From Planctomycetota bacterium (GTDB taxonomy: Bacteria; Planctomycetota; SZUA-567; H5-PLA8): a stretch of DNA of 64,000 nucleotides. How positions within the stretch are numbered: position 1 is the stretch's first letter; each line of letters opens with the position of its first letter. The position numbers and the translations under genes were made by a program. The stretch is taken from NCBI GenBank assembly GCA_038227875.1, contig JBBRPR010000012.1, positions 125,619-189,618 on the forward strand, given 5' to 3'. This document shows, one piece after another, positions 9,667 through 18,440 of the stretch. Under the pieces are notes generated by a model that saw nothing but the letters and a program-made list of their open reading frames with translations, searched no databases and was not told where the DNA came from.

Positions 9667-10453
9667 CTTGGATGGTCAGTTTTCGTGTGCCGAGCGCCAG
9701 CAGCCAGCGACTGAGCAGAATCAGCGCGGCGGTCCAGAGCAACTGGTGCCCGATCGCGCCGGCGAATTCGTTCAGCGGAATATTTCCCGTGTAGATGCGG
9801 AAGGGAATGTCGAGCAGTCCGCGGAAAGGCAGGAAGTTGATCAGCGACTGCATCCACTCCGGGAAGAGCGGCAGAGGCAGCATGATGCCGCTGAAAATCC
9901 AGACGCACGGCCCGGTCAGATCGGTGATGCCGCGCCCGGAGACCGTCCAGAGCGTGGTGATCAGCACGAACGTCGAAATGGCGCAGCTGAGCAGCAGCGC
10001 GCTGAACATCGAGAGGATCCAGCCAGCGGCGGCGGCCAGCGAGGCCGGAAATTGAAGTCCGAAAAATAATCCGGCCACGATCACCAGCGGAACTGAGCGC
10101 AGCAGCGTCGGCGCGGTGCGGCTGGCAACGGAGCGTGCGAACCAGAGCGAGTAGAGGTCCAGCGGCCGCGCCAGTTCGTAGCCGACGGAGCCGTCGCGGA
10201 CCATGTTGCGCACTTCGGCGTCCTGCCACATCGGCAGCAGCATCAGCGTCGCCTGGCCCAGCCAGATGTAGCTGACGACCTGCGGCCAGCTCATCGGCGC
10301 TGACTTGGCGCTGGGCATCGCGTAGAATGCGCCGAAGATCATCAGGCGGATGAGTCCCCAGAAAACCTGCGTGCCCAGTCCGGCCAGCGCGGCGGCGCGG
10401 TATTGCAGAAGCATGCGAAATCGCGCGCTGATGATGGCGAGATATGCTTTCAC
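9659..10453 (-). CDS. ABC-2 family transporter permease
   Basis: LQYRAAALAG, VRDGSVGYELARP, FSGIMLPLPLFP, C-terminal IQGG. Confidence 0.9.
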   Translation of the reverse strand: MKAYLAIISARFRMLLQYRAAALAGLGTQVFWGLIRLMIFGAFYAMPSAKSAPMSWPQVVSYIWLGQATLMLLPMWQDAEVRNMVRDGSVGYELARPLDLYSLWFARSVASRTAPTLLRSVPLVIVAGLFFGLQFPASLAAAAGWILSMFSALLLSCAISTFVLITTLWTVSGRGITDLTGPCVWIFSGIMLPLPLFPEWMQSLINFLPFRGLLDIPFRIYTGNIPLNEFAGAIGHQLLWTAALILLSRWLLALGTRKLTIQGG

Positions 10454-11442
10454 GCGCGCGCCTCCGTGTAGTAACGCGCGATGATTTCTTCGATCGGTGG
10501 ATTCTGCACGAACAGGTCGCGCACCGGATAGGCGGCGGCGAGGCGGCCGATCAAGGCCGCGGGCGAAACTTGCGCCGGGTCAAAGCGCAGGCAGACGCGC
10601 GCGCCCTCGCGGCGGATCACGGTGGCCTGCGGGTCCTGAATCTGCGCGCCTTCGTTTTCAAGATCGATGATCAGCCAGCGTTCGGTGGTGACGTTGGCGC
10701 GGAGCTGCGCGAGGCCGCCGTCGGAGAGGATGCGGCCATGATTGATCACGATCACTCGGGAGCAGAGTGCTTCGATGTCGTCCATGTCGTGCGTGGTGAG
10801 AATGACGGTGACGCCGCGCTTGCGGTTGAGTTCCTTGATGAAATCCCGCACCGCGAGTTTGGCGGGCGCGTCGAGGCCGATCGTGGGTTCATCGAGGAAG
10901 AGCAGTTCGGGCGCGTGCAACAACGCCGCGGCCAGTTCGCAGCGCATGCGCTGTCCCAGGCTGAGCTGGCGCACGGGCGTGTCGAGAATTTTATCGAGCG
11001 AGAGCAGCGCAATCAGCTCGTCGCGCGATTTTGCGTAATCGCTTTCCTTTACTTTGTAGATGTCGCGGAGCAGCTCGAAGGATTCGATGACGGGCAAGTC
11101 CCACCACAACTGGCTGCGCTGGCCGAAGACGACGCCGATCTGGCGGACGTGCGCGATGCGGCTTTGCCAGGGAACGCGCCCGGAGATTTCACAGCGCCCG
11201 GAATCGGGAACGAGAATGCCGGCGAGGATTTTGATGGTGGTCGATTTGCCTGCTCCGTTGGGGCCAACGTAGCCGACGATTTCTCCGGCATTGAGCGAAA
11301 AACTGATCGCGTCCAGTGCGTTGACGGTGCGATGCCGCCGCCGGATCAGTCCGCGCACGGCGCCCCAGATTCCCGGATCGCGTTCGGCGACCTGAAACGT
11401 CTTGGTCAAATTTTCGACGATGATGTGCGGCGAAGTGGGCAT
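10450..11442 (-). CDS. ABC transporter ATP-binding protein
   Basis: Walker A GPNGAGKST, signature LSLGQ, Walker B LFLDEPT, H-loop TTHD. Confidence 0.95.
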   Translation of the reverse strand: MPTSPHIIVENLTKTFQVAERDPGIWGAVRGLIRRRHRTVNALDAISFSLNAGEIVGYVGPNGAGKSTTIKILAGILVPDSGRCEISGRVPWQSRIAHVRQIGVVFGQRSQLWWDLPVIESFELLRDIYKVKESDYAKSRDELIALLSLDKILDTPVRQLSLGQRMRCELAAALLHAPELLFLDEPTIGLDAPAKLAVRDFIKELNRKRGVTVILTTHDMDDIEALCSRVIVINHGRILSDGGLAQLRANVTTERWLIIDLENEGAQIQDPQATVIRREGARVCLRFDPAQVSPAALIGRLAAAYPVRDLFVQNPPIEEIIARYYTEARA

Positions 11443-11739
11443 CGCGATAGTCCTCGGTTATTTTTGAGACGAAGGGGATGAAAGATACCACATGGATTCT
11501 CGCGGCTCGCATCGCCGCCGGATTTTTCTTTTGGGGGACCTTTTGGACTGTAGTTCATAAGTAAAAACTACAACAATCACTGCACTGATGTGCAAAATAA
11601 ATCGCTTGTTGCACTAGGTGCGTCTTGGCGGAAGGGACTTCCGTATGGTTTTCTGCGGCGAGGATGATAAGATGGTGATGTCAGAAGTGTTGCCATCGCT
11701 TCATTTGGTGATTCAGCTTGCACAAAGGGCTCGGCGCGC

Positions 11740-14655
11740 ATGGACAATCAGGCCGCAAGCGCAGCCAAAACGCCACCCAACGGCACGCCTGCCGAAACGG
11801 GGAAGTCTGCGGCCTTCGATCCGAAAACCAAAACATTATGTATTCACGCGTTGCAGAGTCTCCGCGCGGGATTTTCGCAGGCGCTGTTGTATTCACAGGA
11901 AACCCGGCAATACGAAAAAGTAGTAGAGACCACATTTGAAGCGTTGAACGCGGCCGTGGAAGCGTTGAACGGATTTCATCTCAGCATTTCCCGCTCCGAA
12001 GCGATCATCAACGCGCAGCGACTGGACACGCCGCTGGCGGCGCGCTCGTCGATCGATCAGATCGACCGCTTCATCTACAACGCCGGCTTAAGCAGCGTGA
12101 AATTCGACAAGGGCCTGACTCGGCAGGAGATTGGGCCGTTTCTGCAGGTGGTCGCGCGGAAGAAGTTTGTCTCTTCCGACGGCGCGGCCATCAACAATCA
12201 GCTGCGCGAAATGGGCGTCAGCCACATTCTCGTGGGCGAATTGCGCTACGTCGGATTGACCGAAGGTGAGCAGGTTGTTACGCGCACGCAATCGCCAAGC
12301 TCCGCCAACCACTCCGGCGTGCAGGATGCCGTCAGCGAGATGGCCGACAGTTTCCAATCGCGGATGGACCTGATCCAGGACGTCGAAGCGCGCAAGCAGC
12401 TCCAGGTGGAGATGACCGGCCAGCTGATCGAGAAAGACGATGCGATGCTGGCGAGCCTGCTGATGGTCGGCGCGGAACATCTGCGCGAGATTGCGTCCGA
12501 GGAGATCGTGGCGCTGGCGGCTCTGCCTCGGCGCGATGGTGAACTGCTGAACTCTATCCTGCGCTTGGGCCGGCAGGTGCTGCTTAAAGGCATCGACCAG
12601 GACGACCAGATTTTCGTCAGCCTCCGCGATTTCATCCAGAAGTTGACGGAGCCCTATCGCCGGCGCGCGGAAGACATTCTCAACCTGCTCGAATACGACG
12701 AGATGACGGCGTTCCTGTTGCCCGAGTGGCTGAGGCGCGCGGCGGCGTCGCTGAAGGGCGGTTCGGCGGAAGAACGCCTTGAGGGCATTCTCGTCCAGTC
12801 GCCCAATGCGCTGCTGGACGAGCGCATGTTCCCACAGATTCTGGACGTGCTCGACGAACTCTCCGTCGCGCGGTTGGACGAACACGCCGAACGGCTGACG
12901 ACGCACGTCGCCGGCGCGGTCAAAGCGCCGACGAAGAAGATGCGCATCAAGGCGGTGCAGCGGCTCTCGAAGCTGCTGGAACGCTCGATGGAACAGACCT
13001 CCAACGCGGTCAAGATCATCGAAGACGCGCTGCTCGATGCGTGTCTCCACGAGACCTGCGACGAGGTGATGGTACTGCTGCTGGAGCATCTCGCGCACCG
13101 TAGCGAGCACCATTATACGCTTGAGAACTACGAGCGGAGCCTGGAGCACATCGAATTCATCGCGAGCCTGGAGCTGGCCTCGCGCTCGGCAATGCGGGCC
13201 GAAGCCGTCAACATGGCGCGCAAGACGCGCGAAAAGCTGCTCAAGTCGGAATTCGCCAAGGGGCTGCTTAAGGACATCCTCGCGCCGGAGCCCAAGGGGC
13301 ACGTTGCGGTCCGGATGATTCAACTGCTCGGCAAGGAATTGTGGCTGAAATTGATCGACCTGATCGTCACCACGCCGGACATCGCCACGGCGCGCACGCT
13401 GACGACGCACTTCGCTTCGTTTGGCAAAGACGCGCACGTCTTGTTCTTCTCGCTCTTTGAACGCGCCGACAACCGGCCGGCGATGGTGCGGCTGCTGGAC
13501 GTGGCGCCGCTGATCAGCGTGCATCCGGCGCTGTGGAAGCCGGCATTCAATTTACTGATGAATCCCGATTCGATTGTGCGCGACCACGCGGTGGACGCGG
13601 TGCTGAAGCTGGATCCGGACATCTCGTACAAGACCATCTTCGAAGCACTGCGCGAAGACCGCGACCCCGCGCACCGCAGCGGGTTGCTCGCGGCTGTGGC
13701 GCGGACGTCGGATCCGAAGGCGCTGGCGATGTTGATCGAGGAGTTGAACAGCGCGCTGAGCAGTGAAAGTTATGACGAGATGCGCGTGGTGCTGGCGCTG
13801 GATGCATTGAGCGGCTTCGAGCATGAAGATCTGATCGAACCGGTGGCATCGTTGATCTGCCCGAAACACCGCACCCATTTGAACGTCGACCGCGCGCTCT
13901 CGAAAACGGTAACGATTGCGGCGATCAAGTCGCTGGCCAAGATGTACAAACATCCGAACGCGATCGAAGCGCTGGAACGCGCGCGCACGCACAAGGATCC
14001 GGAGATCTCGCGCCTGGCGCTGGCGGCGCAGCGCGGGTTGGTCGCGGCCAAGCATCAGTATGAGGAAGTGCCGCCGACGATTCCGCCGTCGTCTGCCTCC
14101 GCGCCTGCGGTGACCGTGGTGAATGCAGTGGCGGCCAAGAGCGGCGGAGCCACGGCGATCCGTCGCCGCAGCTTCGAAGACGCGCCCGATTCGAGTGGAG
14201 CGACGGGCAGTTCGATTTTACGCGGAACACCAAAACAAGCGGGAGGATCGACGACGATCACGCGCGCGATTCCGCGCGAGGGAAGCGGGACCACGGCGGC
14301 TGTTCCGCCCACGCCGGACGCGAAGCCGATTCTCGAAGGCCGATTGGAAGACGTCGGATTGATCAACACGGTCCGCATGATTGGCGGACGCGATGGAACG
14401 CTGGTGATCGGCGCCGCGAACACGGATGTGCGGATGACAATTCGCGGCCGCAAGATCATTCATTGCATCTATGGCGATAAATACGGCGTCGAAGCGCTGA
14501 CGAAGATCTACGAAATTCAGGAAGCGCCCTTCGCGTACTTCAGCACGCTCCCCGCACCGCCGGCGAATATGGAAATCGAGATCAACAACATCGACCAGGC
14601 GATCCGCGAGTTCTTCCGCACGGGCGCCGCGCCGGATGAGACGGCGTTTTATTGA
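11740..14655 (+). CDS. Large HEAT-repeat protein with C-terminal DUF4388-like domain
   Basis: Long helical repeats (IVRDHAVDAV, RVVLALDAL); Ser/Thr/Ala linker; terminal LEGRLEDVGLINTVRMI..GTLVI..GVEALTKI..FAY typical of DUF4388. Confidence 0.7.
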   Translation: MDNQAASAAKTPPNGTPAETGKSAAFDPKTKTLCIHALQSLRAGFSQALLYSQETRQYEKVVETTFEALNAAVEALNGFHLSISRSEAIINAQRLDTPLAARSSIDQIDRFIYNAGLSSVKFDKGLTRQEIGPFLQVVARKKFVSSDGAAINNQLREMGVSHILVGELRYVGLTEGEQVVTRTQSPSSANHSGVQDAVSEMADSFQSRMDLIQDVEARKQLQVEMTGQLIEKDDAMLASLLMVGAEHLREIASEEIVALAALPRRDGELLNSILRLGRQVLLKGIDQDDQIFVSLRDFIQKLTEPYRRRAEDILNLLEYDEMTAFLLPEWLRRAAASLKGGSAEERLEGILVQSPNALLDERMFPQILDVLDELSVARLDEHAERLTTHVAGAVKAPTKKMRIKAVQRLSKLLERSMEQTSNAVKIIEDALLDACLHETCDEVMVLLLEHLAHRSEHHYTLENYERSLEHIEFIASLELASRSAMRAEAVNMARKTREKLLKSEFAKGLLKDILAPEPKGHVAVRMIQLLGKELWLKLIDLIVTTPDIATARTLTTHFASFGKDAHVLFFSLFERADNRPAMVRLLDVAPLISVHPALWKPAFNLLMNPDSIVRDHAVDAVLKLDPDISYKTIFEALREDRDPAHRSGLLAAVARTSDPKALAMLIEELNSALSSESYDEMRVVLALDALSGFEHEDLIEPVASLICPKHRTHLNVDRALSKTVTIAAIKSLAKMYKHPNAIEALERARTHKDPEISRLALAAQRGLVAAKHQYEEVPPTIPPSSASAPAVTVVNAVAAKSGGATAIRRRSFEDAPDSSGATGSSILRGTPKQAGGSTTITRAIPREGSGTTAAVPPTPDAKPILEGRLEDVGLINTVRMIGGRDGTLVIGAANTDVRMTIRGRKIIHCIYGDKYGVEALTKIYEIQEAPFAYFSTLPAPPANMEIEINNIDQAIREFFRTGAAPDETAFY

Positions 14656-15912
14656 ATGGTGCGAATGTCGAATCGAACGGAAACGACAAAGCGAATGACG
14701 AAATGGCGACTGGCATTTGCAGCCCCACTGGTATGGGTGGGAATGTCTTTTGCGATTGCGGGGGAAGCCTCGGCTGATCGTGAAGGCAAGGCTCAAGAAT
14801 TGGAATTGCGAATTTTTCGCATCGCTTACATTTCGCCCAATCTTCCGTGCCCGAGCTTGTCGGATGAGTCGCTCTTAGACGTTTTGAAAATGATGAAGAG
14901 CCCGGGCGGGTCGATCGATTTCGAAAAGCGCGTGAACGCGCTTATTGTTCACGATGAATTGGACAATCTGAATGCGATGCAGCAGGTCGTTGAGCGAGCT
15001 GATTTGCCGCCGAAAGCCATTGACGATCCGGATGCTGTAAATCGCAAAAGTCGCCGTGATCCGGATTCGATCTTCTCGGCGAACTTTACCGAACGTCCGC
15101 TCAAGCAGGTGTTGGATTATTTGAGCGAAGTTAGCGGCAAGGAAATTACGACTGCAAAGGCCAAAGACCAGAAGATGCTCGTCTCCATCAATCTTAAGAA
15201 TACGACCTACCGGGCGGCGCTCGCTGTCATTGCGCTGAAGTACAACATGGATATCGACTGTTCTCAGACGAAGGACAACACGGTTGTGATCTCCTCGCCG
15301 GAGAAAGTTTCGATGGTCGTTAGGCACGCCGACATCCGCGACGTGATCAATCTCATCGCGATCCAATCCGACGCCAAAATCGTGATGGGACCCGAAGTAA
15401 CCGGCGACGTATCGGCGCGATTTGAGGGTACGAGGTGGCGGGAAGCGCTCGACGCTGTCACCAGGCAGCTCGATTTCGTCGTCGTCAACGAAATCGACGG
15501 CACTGTTCGCGTGACGAGTCCTTATAAAATCACTTCTTATCATGGCGCTGCGGATAAAATTCCGATTACAGACGAACTCCGCAAATCCGCCGCAGCAGCA
15601 ATCGCAGCCTACGGAAAAGAAATTGTCATCAGCCACACGCTGGAAATTGGGCAGCGTATAGAAGGTACAGTTCTGCTGCGAAACAACGGCGATAAGCATG
15701 TGGTCAAGTTGGAACTGACGCTGGTCATTCCAATCAAAGATCAGGAAGAGCCCTTCGAACAGAGATTGGTGTTCTCGGAGAAAGACTGGAACTTCCCCAT
15801 CCTCACAACAGAAAAAGATGTGCCGGTGGTGTTACGCCGGATCGACATGCCCTCGCCGACATTGAATGCCGAACCCGAATTCCGCATCACCTACCTGCAA
15901 TTCGCACAGTAG
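14656..15912 (+). CDS. Secretin N-terminal-domain (PilQ/GspD N0/STN-like) protein lacking the secretin barrel
   Basis: GGSIDFEKRVNALIVHD..LNAMQQVVERAD (Secretin_N-like); ANFTERPLKQVL and HADIRDVINLIA..VTGDVS..WREALD (N0/STN-like); signal-like N-terminus; start codon uncertain. Confidence 0.65.
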   Translation: MVRMSNRTETTKRMTKWRLAFAAPLVWVGMSFAIAGEASADREGKAQELELRIFRIAYISPNLPCPSLSDESLLDVLKMMKSPGGSIDFEKRVNALIVHDELDNLNAMQQVVERADLPPKAIDDPDAVNRKSRRDPDSIFSANFTERPLKQVLDYLSEVSGKEITTAKAKDQKMLVSINLKNTTYRAALAVIALKYNMDIDCSQTKDNTVVISSPEKVSMVVRHADIRDVINLIAIQSDAKIVMGPEVTGDVSARFEGTRWREALDAVTRQLDFVVVNEIDGTVRVTSPYKITSYHGAADKIPITDELRKSAAAAIAAYGKEIVISHTLEIGQRIEGTVLLRNNGDKHVVKLELTLVIPIKDQEEPFEQRLVFSEKDWNFPILTTEKDVPVVLRRIDMPSPTLNAEPEFRITYLQFAQ

Positions 15913-15937
15913 ATAGCACCCCTTTTTAGAGCCGTTC

Positions 15938-15963
15938 TATGCGCCTTTGCGTCCTTGCGCGAG
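15938..15963. repeat. Short degenerate 8-9-mer tandem repeat
   Basis: tatgcgcc-tttgcgtcc-ttgcgcgag just after the stop at 15912. Confidence 0.35.
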
Positions 15964-16138
15964 ATAAAAACTCCGCTCGACCTCGCCATTTTTGCTGAAA
16001 TCTGAAAGAATTTTTAGAAATTCAAAAGAAGGCAGTTTCTTCTCACTGGTGCAAACCACAACTAATTGTGTTTTTGAAAATCTCCGACCACATTCTGTAG
16101 TCGCGTCTGTAAATGCTGAATTTCGTTGGAGTTACCTC

Positions 16139-16167
16139 TTGACGCTCTCAGTAGGGCGAGGTATCTT
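16139..16167 (+). promoter_or_regulatory. Sigma70-type promoter of the dcw operon
   Basis: TTGACG (16139-16144), 17-bp spacer, TATCTT (16162-16167), upstream of mraZ. Confidence 0.7.
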
Positions 16168-16181
16168 TCCCGTGCATGAAG

Positions 16182-16206
16182 TAGTGAAGATTAGTGAGCT
16201 TTAGTG
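16182..16206 (+). promoter_or_regulatory. Putative MraZ-binding repeats
   Basis: TAGTG at 16182, 16192 and 16202 (exact 10-bp period) between the promoter and mraZ, like known GTG-containing 10-bp-periodic MraZ boxes. Confidence 0.7.
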
Positions 16207-16207
16207 G

Positions 16208-16717
16208 ATGATGAAGGCCATGAGTGACTTTGGACCCGTAACCGAGACTGTCAGCGCGCCGCTCAAGGGCGGTCGTGCGACGTTCTACGGCACGGCGTAC
16301 CACAAGATCTCGGGCCGCAACCAAGTCGCGATTCCCAAGCACTTGAAGCGCGCGATCGATGAAGCTCAAGAAGGTCAGCTCCTGCTGCTGCGGCTGCCGA
16401 ACGAAAATTTCGTCCGCCTGTACACCAAGAAGCAGTTCGACGCGAAGTTGGATGAACTGAAGCAGAAAGCCGCGACGCAGCCGGTCGTCGATCAGCTGGC
16501 GCGGCTGGCCGAACCGATTGAACCGGACAGCCAGGGACGTTTCGTGCTGCCGGCCAAGTGGACCGATGCGCTGAATATTCGCGAAGAGGTCGCCTTCTGC
16601 GGCGCGTTTACGTTCATCAAGATCTGGCCGGCGGAACTGCAGCGCGAACAGGAACGCAAGGAAGCAGAACAGCTGGCGCAGGTCGGCGATCAGGTCAGTC
16701 AGATTCTGAATATGTAG
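16208..16717 (+). CDS. mraZ: Division/cell wall cluster transcriptional repressor MraZ
   Basis: FYGTAYHKISGRNQVAIPK and DSQGRFVLP duplicated SpoVT-AbrB motifs, IKIW; first gene before rsmH; start may be 16220. Confidence 0.85.
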   Translation: MMKAMSDFGPVTETVSAPLKGGRATFYGTAYHKISGRNQVAIPKHLKRAIDEAQEGQLLLLRLPNENFVRLYTKKQFDAKLDELKQKAATQPVVDQLARLAEPIEPDSQGRFVLPAKWTDALNIREEVAFCGAFTFIKIWPAELQREQERKEAEQLAQVGDQVSQILNM

Positions 16718-16763
16718 TGAGTTGAGTGGACCGGGGCGAAGTAAAGAAGAGGGGCGGTGCAAC

Positions 16764-17015
16764 ATGGCTACAAAGAAGAGCTCGTTCGATCGAATCAAAA
16801 CGCATCTGGATACGAAGGGCTGCGCGGCGCCGATCGCCGACGATTTGTCCCGCGATCTGGAGATGCTGGTGCGGCGCTGCGACGAAGTGCGCAGCCTGAG
16901 CCGCGAGTACGGCGCGGTGGAGCTGTCACCGTACATGGTCAGCTTGTTGCACGTCTCGAGCGGCCTGCCGCGCGAAGAAGTGCGCTCGAATGCACAGGCC
17001 GTCGCGAGCGTCTAA
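16764..17015 (+). CDS. Small protein, degenerate STAS-like C-terminal half
   Basis: GAGGGG upstream of ATG 16764; LEMLVRRCDEVRSL....VELSPYMVSLLHVS resembles STAS helix-strand-LSP-helix. Confidence 0.5.
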   Translation: MATKKSSFDRIKTHLDTKGCAAPIADDLSRDLEMLVRRCDEVRSLSREYGAVELSPYMVSLLHVSSGLPREEVRSNAQAVASV

Positions 17016-17155
17016 AACGCAGCGCAGTCGTTGTGCTTTCCAACAGTACGCGGGACCTTGCGTAACCCGCGGCTGCGTGCCTCTCGCACCCGTTCGCATA
17101 TTTTGAAAAACCACGGCTCAGACCAGCCCCGGTGCTGAGCCCTTGGCGCCTGACT

Positions 17156-18082
17156 ATGGCGGCTCACCAGAGCGTCCTGCTTCACGAATCCATTGAACTG
17201 CTTCAGCCGCAGCCTGGCCGCATCATCGTCGACTGCACGCTCGGCGCGGGCGGTCACAGCGCAGCAATCATCCCCAAACTTGGTCCAGGCGGACGGATGA
17301 TCGGCTTCGACGTCGATCCTGAAGCGCAGGCCCTCGCTCGCGAGCGCCTGGAGCCTCTGGCTCGCGACGCCAACGTCACGCTCAACCTTGTCTCTGCGAA
17401 TTTTCGCCGCATCGCTGCTGCCCTGCAAGAACTGGGCGTCTCCCAAGTGGATGGCATTCTCGCGGACTTAGGGGTCAGCTCGATGCAATTCGACCGCCCC
17501 GAGCGCGGTTTCAGCTTCCGCTTCGATCACCCGCTCGACATGCGCATGGATCCCACGCTGCCGGAGACGGCGGCCGATCTGCTCTACACGCGTAGCGAGG
17601 AGGAGATCGCCGACATCCTGTTCCACCTCGGAGAAGAGCATAAATCGCGGCGCATCGCGCGGGCGATCGTGCGGCAGCGGGAGTTGGAGCCCATTGCCAC
17701 GACCGGGCAGCTCGAAGAGCTGGTGCGTCGCGCGCTGCGGGTGCATGGGCACCGGCGCATTCACCCAGCCACGAAGACGTTTCAGGCGCTGCGGCTGGCG
17801 GTCAATCAGGAAATCGACGCGCTAACCGAATTTCTCGACGCCGCGCCGGAGCTGCTGTCCCCCGGTGGAACGCTGGCGCTGATCACATTTCATTCATTGG
17901 AAGACCGTCCTGTTAAACAACGGTTTAAAGCTTTGGACCAATCCGGACGATTCCAACAGATAGGGAAGTTTGTCGCGCCGACGGATGCCGAGGTGGAAGT
18001 CAACCCGCGGAGCCGGAGCGCCAAAGTGCGCGCAATTCGCGCAATAGAAGCGACTGAAAGTCCTGGAGCGGAAAGCCCATAA
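17156..18082 (+). CDS. rsmH: 16S rRNA m4C1402 methyltransferase RsmH
   Basis: HQSVLL, DCTLGAGGHS, DLGVSSMQFD, LDMRMD, TFQALRLAVN, FHSLEDR, NPRSRSAK. Confidence 0.97.
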   Translation: MAAHQSVLLHESIELLQPQPGRIIVDCTLGAGGHSAAIIPKLGPGGRMIGFDVDPEAQALARERLEPLARDANVTLNLVSANFRRIAAALQELGVSQVDGILADLGVSSMQFDRPERGFSFRFDHPLDMRMDPTLPETAADLLYTRSEEEIADILFHLGEEHKSRRIARAIVRQRELEPIATTGQLEELVRRALRVHGHRRIHPATKTFQALRLAVNQEIDALTEFLDAAPELLSPGGTLALITFHSLEDRPVKQRFKALDQSGRFQQIGKFVAPTDAEVEVNPRSRSAKVRAIRAIEATESPGAESP

Positions 18083-18438
18083 TGTTGAGCGGCCGGCACT
18101 TCATTCTTCTCGGAATCCTCGCCTGCGCGGGCCTGATTTCCGTCCACGATGGTCAGCAACAGATTGAAATCTGCTACAAGCTCGGTTCGATGGAAAAAGA
18201 GATCCGCGACGTCCGCACCGATATTCAGCTCTGCAAGATCAAGCACCGCGCACTCCAGTCGCCCAAGGCCGTCATTGACCGCGCCAACGAATTGCACCTG
18301 ACCGTGCGCCCGGCGAGCTCCGAAACGGAAGCCGTGACACCGCAAGCTCCCACGATTCCGCATCTGCCCGCCAAGTCTGTCCAGATTCCCAGTTTGCCGG
18401 TGATGAATGTCGCGGTCCGTCCGCCACAGGGGCACTAA
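18082..18438 (+). CDS. ftsL: FtsL-like cell division protein
   Basis: Short N-terminus, one TM, coiled coil ending LQSPKAVIDRANELHL; lies between rsmH and the PBP; TAATG coupling. Confidence 0.65.
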   Translation: MLSGRHFILLGILACAGLISVHDGQQQIEICYKLGSMEKEIRDVRTDIQLCKIKHRALQSPKAVIDRANELHLTVRPASSETEAVTPQAPTIPHLPAKSVQIPSLPVMNVAVRPPQGH

Positions 18439-18440
18439 GT

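Noticed and set aside
12088..13524. Long antisense ORFs (also 19026-20537, 20624-21994, 56500-57861, 6935-8152, 4023-5183, 35015-36061)
   Set aside because: Shadow frames of well-supported genes in high-GC DNA; no motifs and atypical composition
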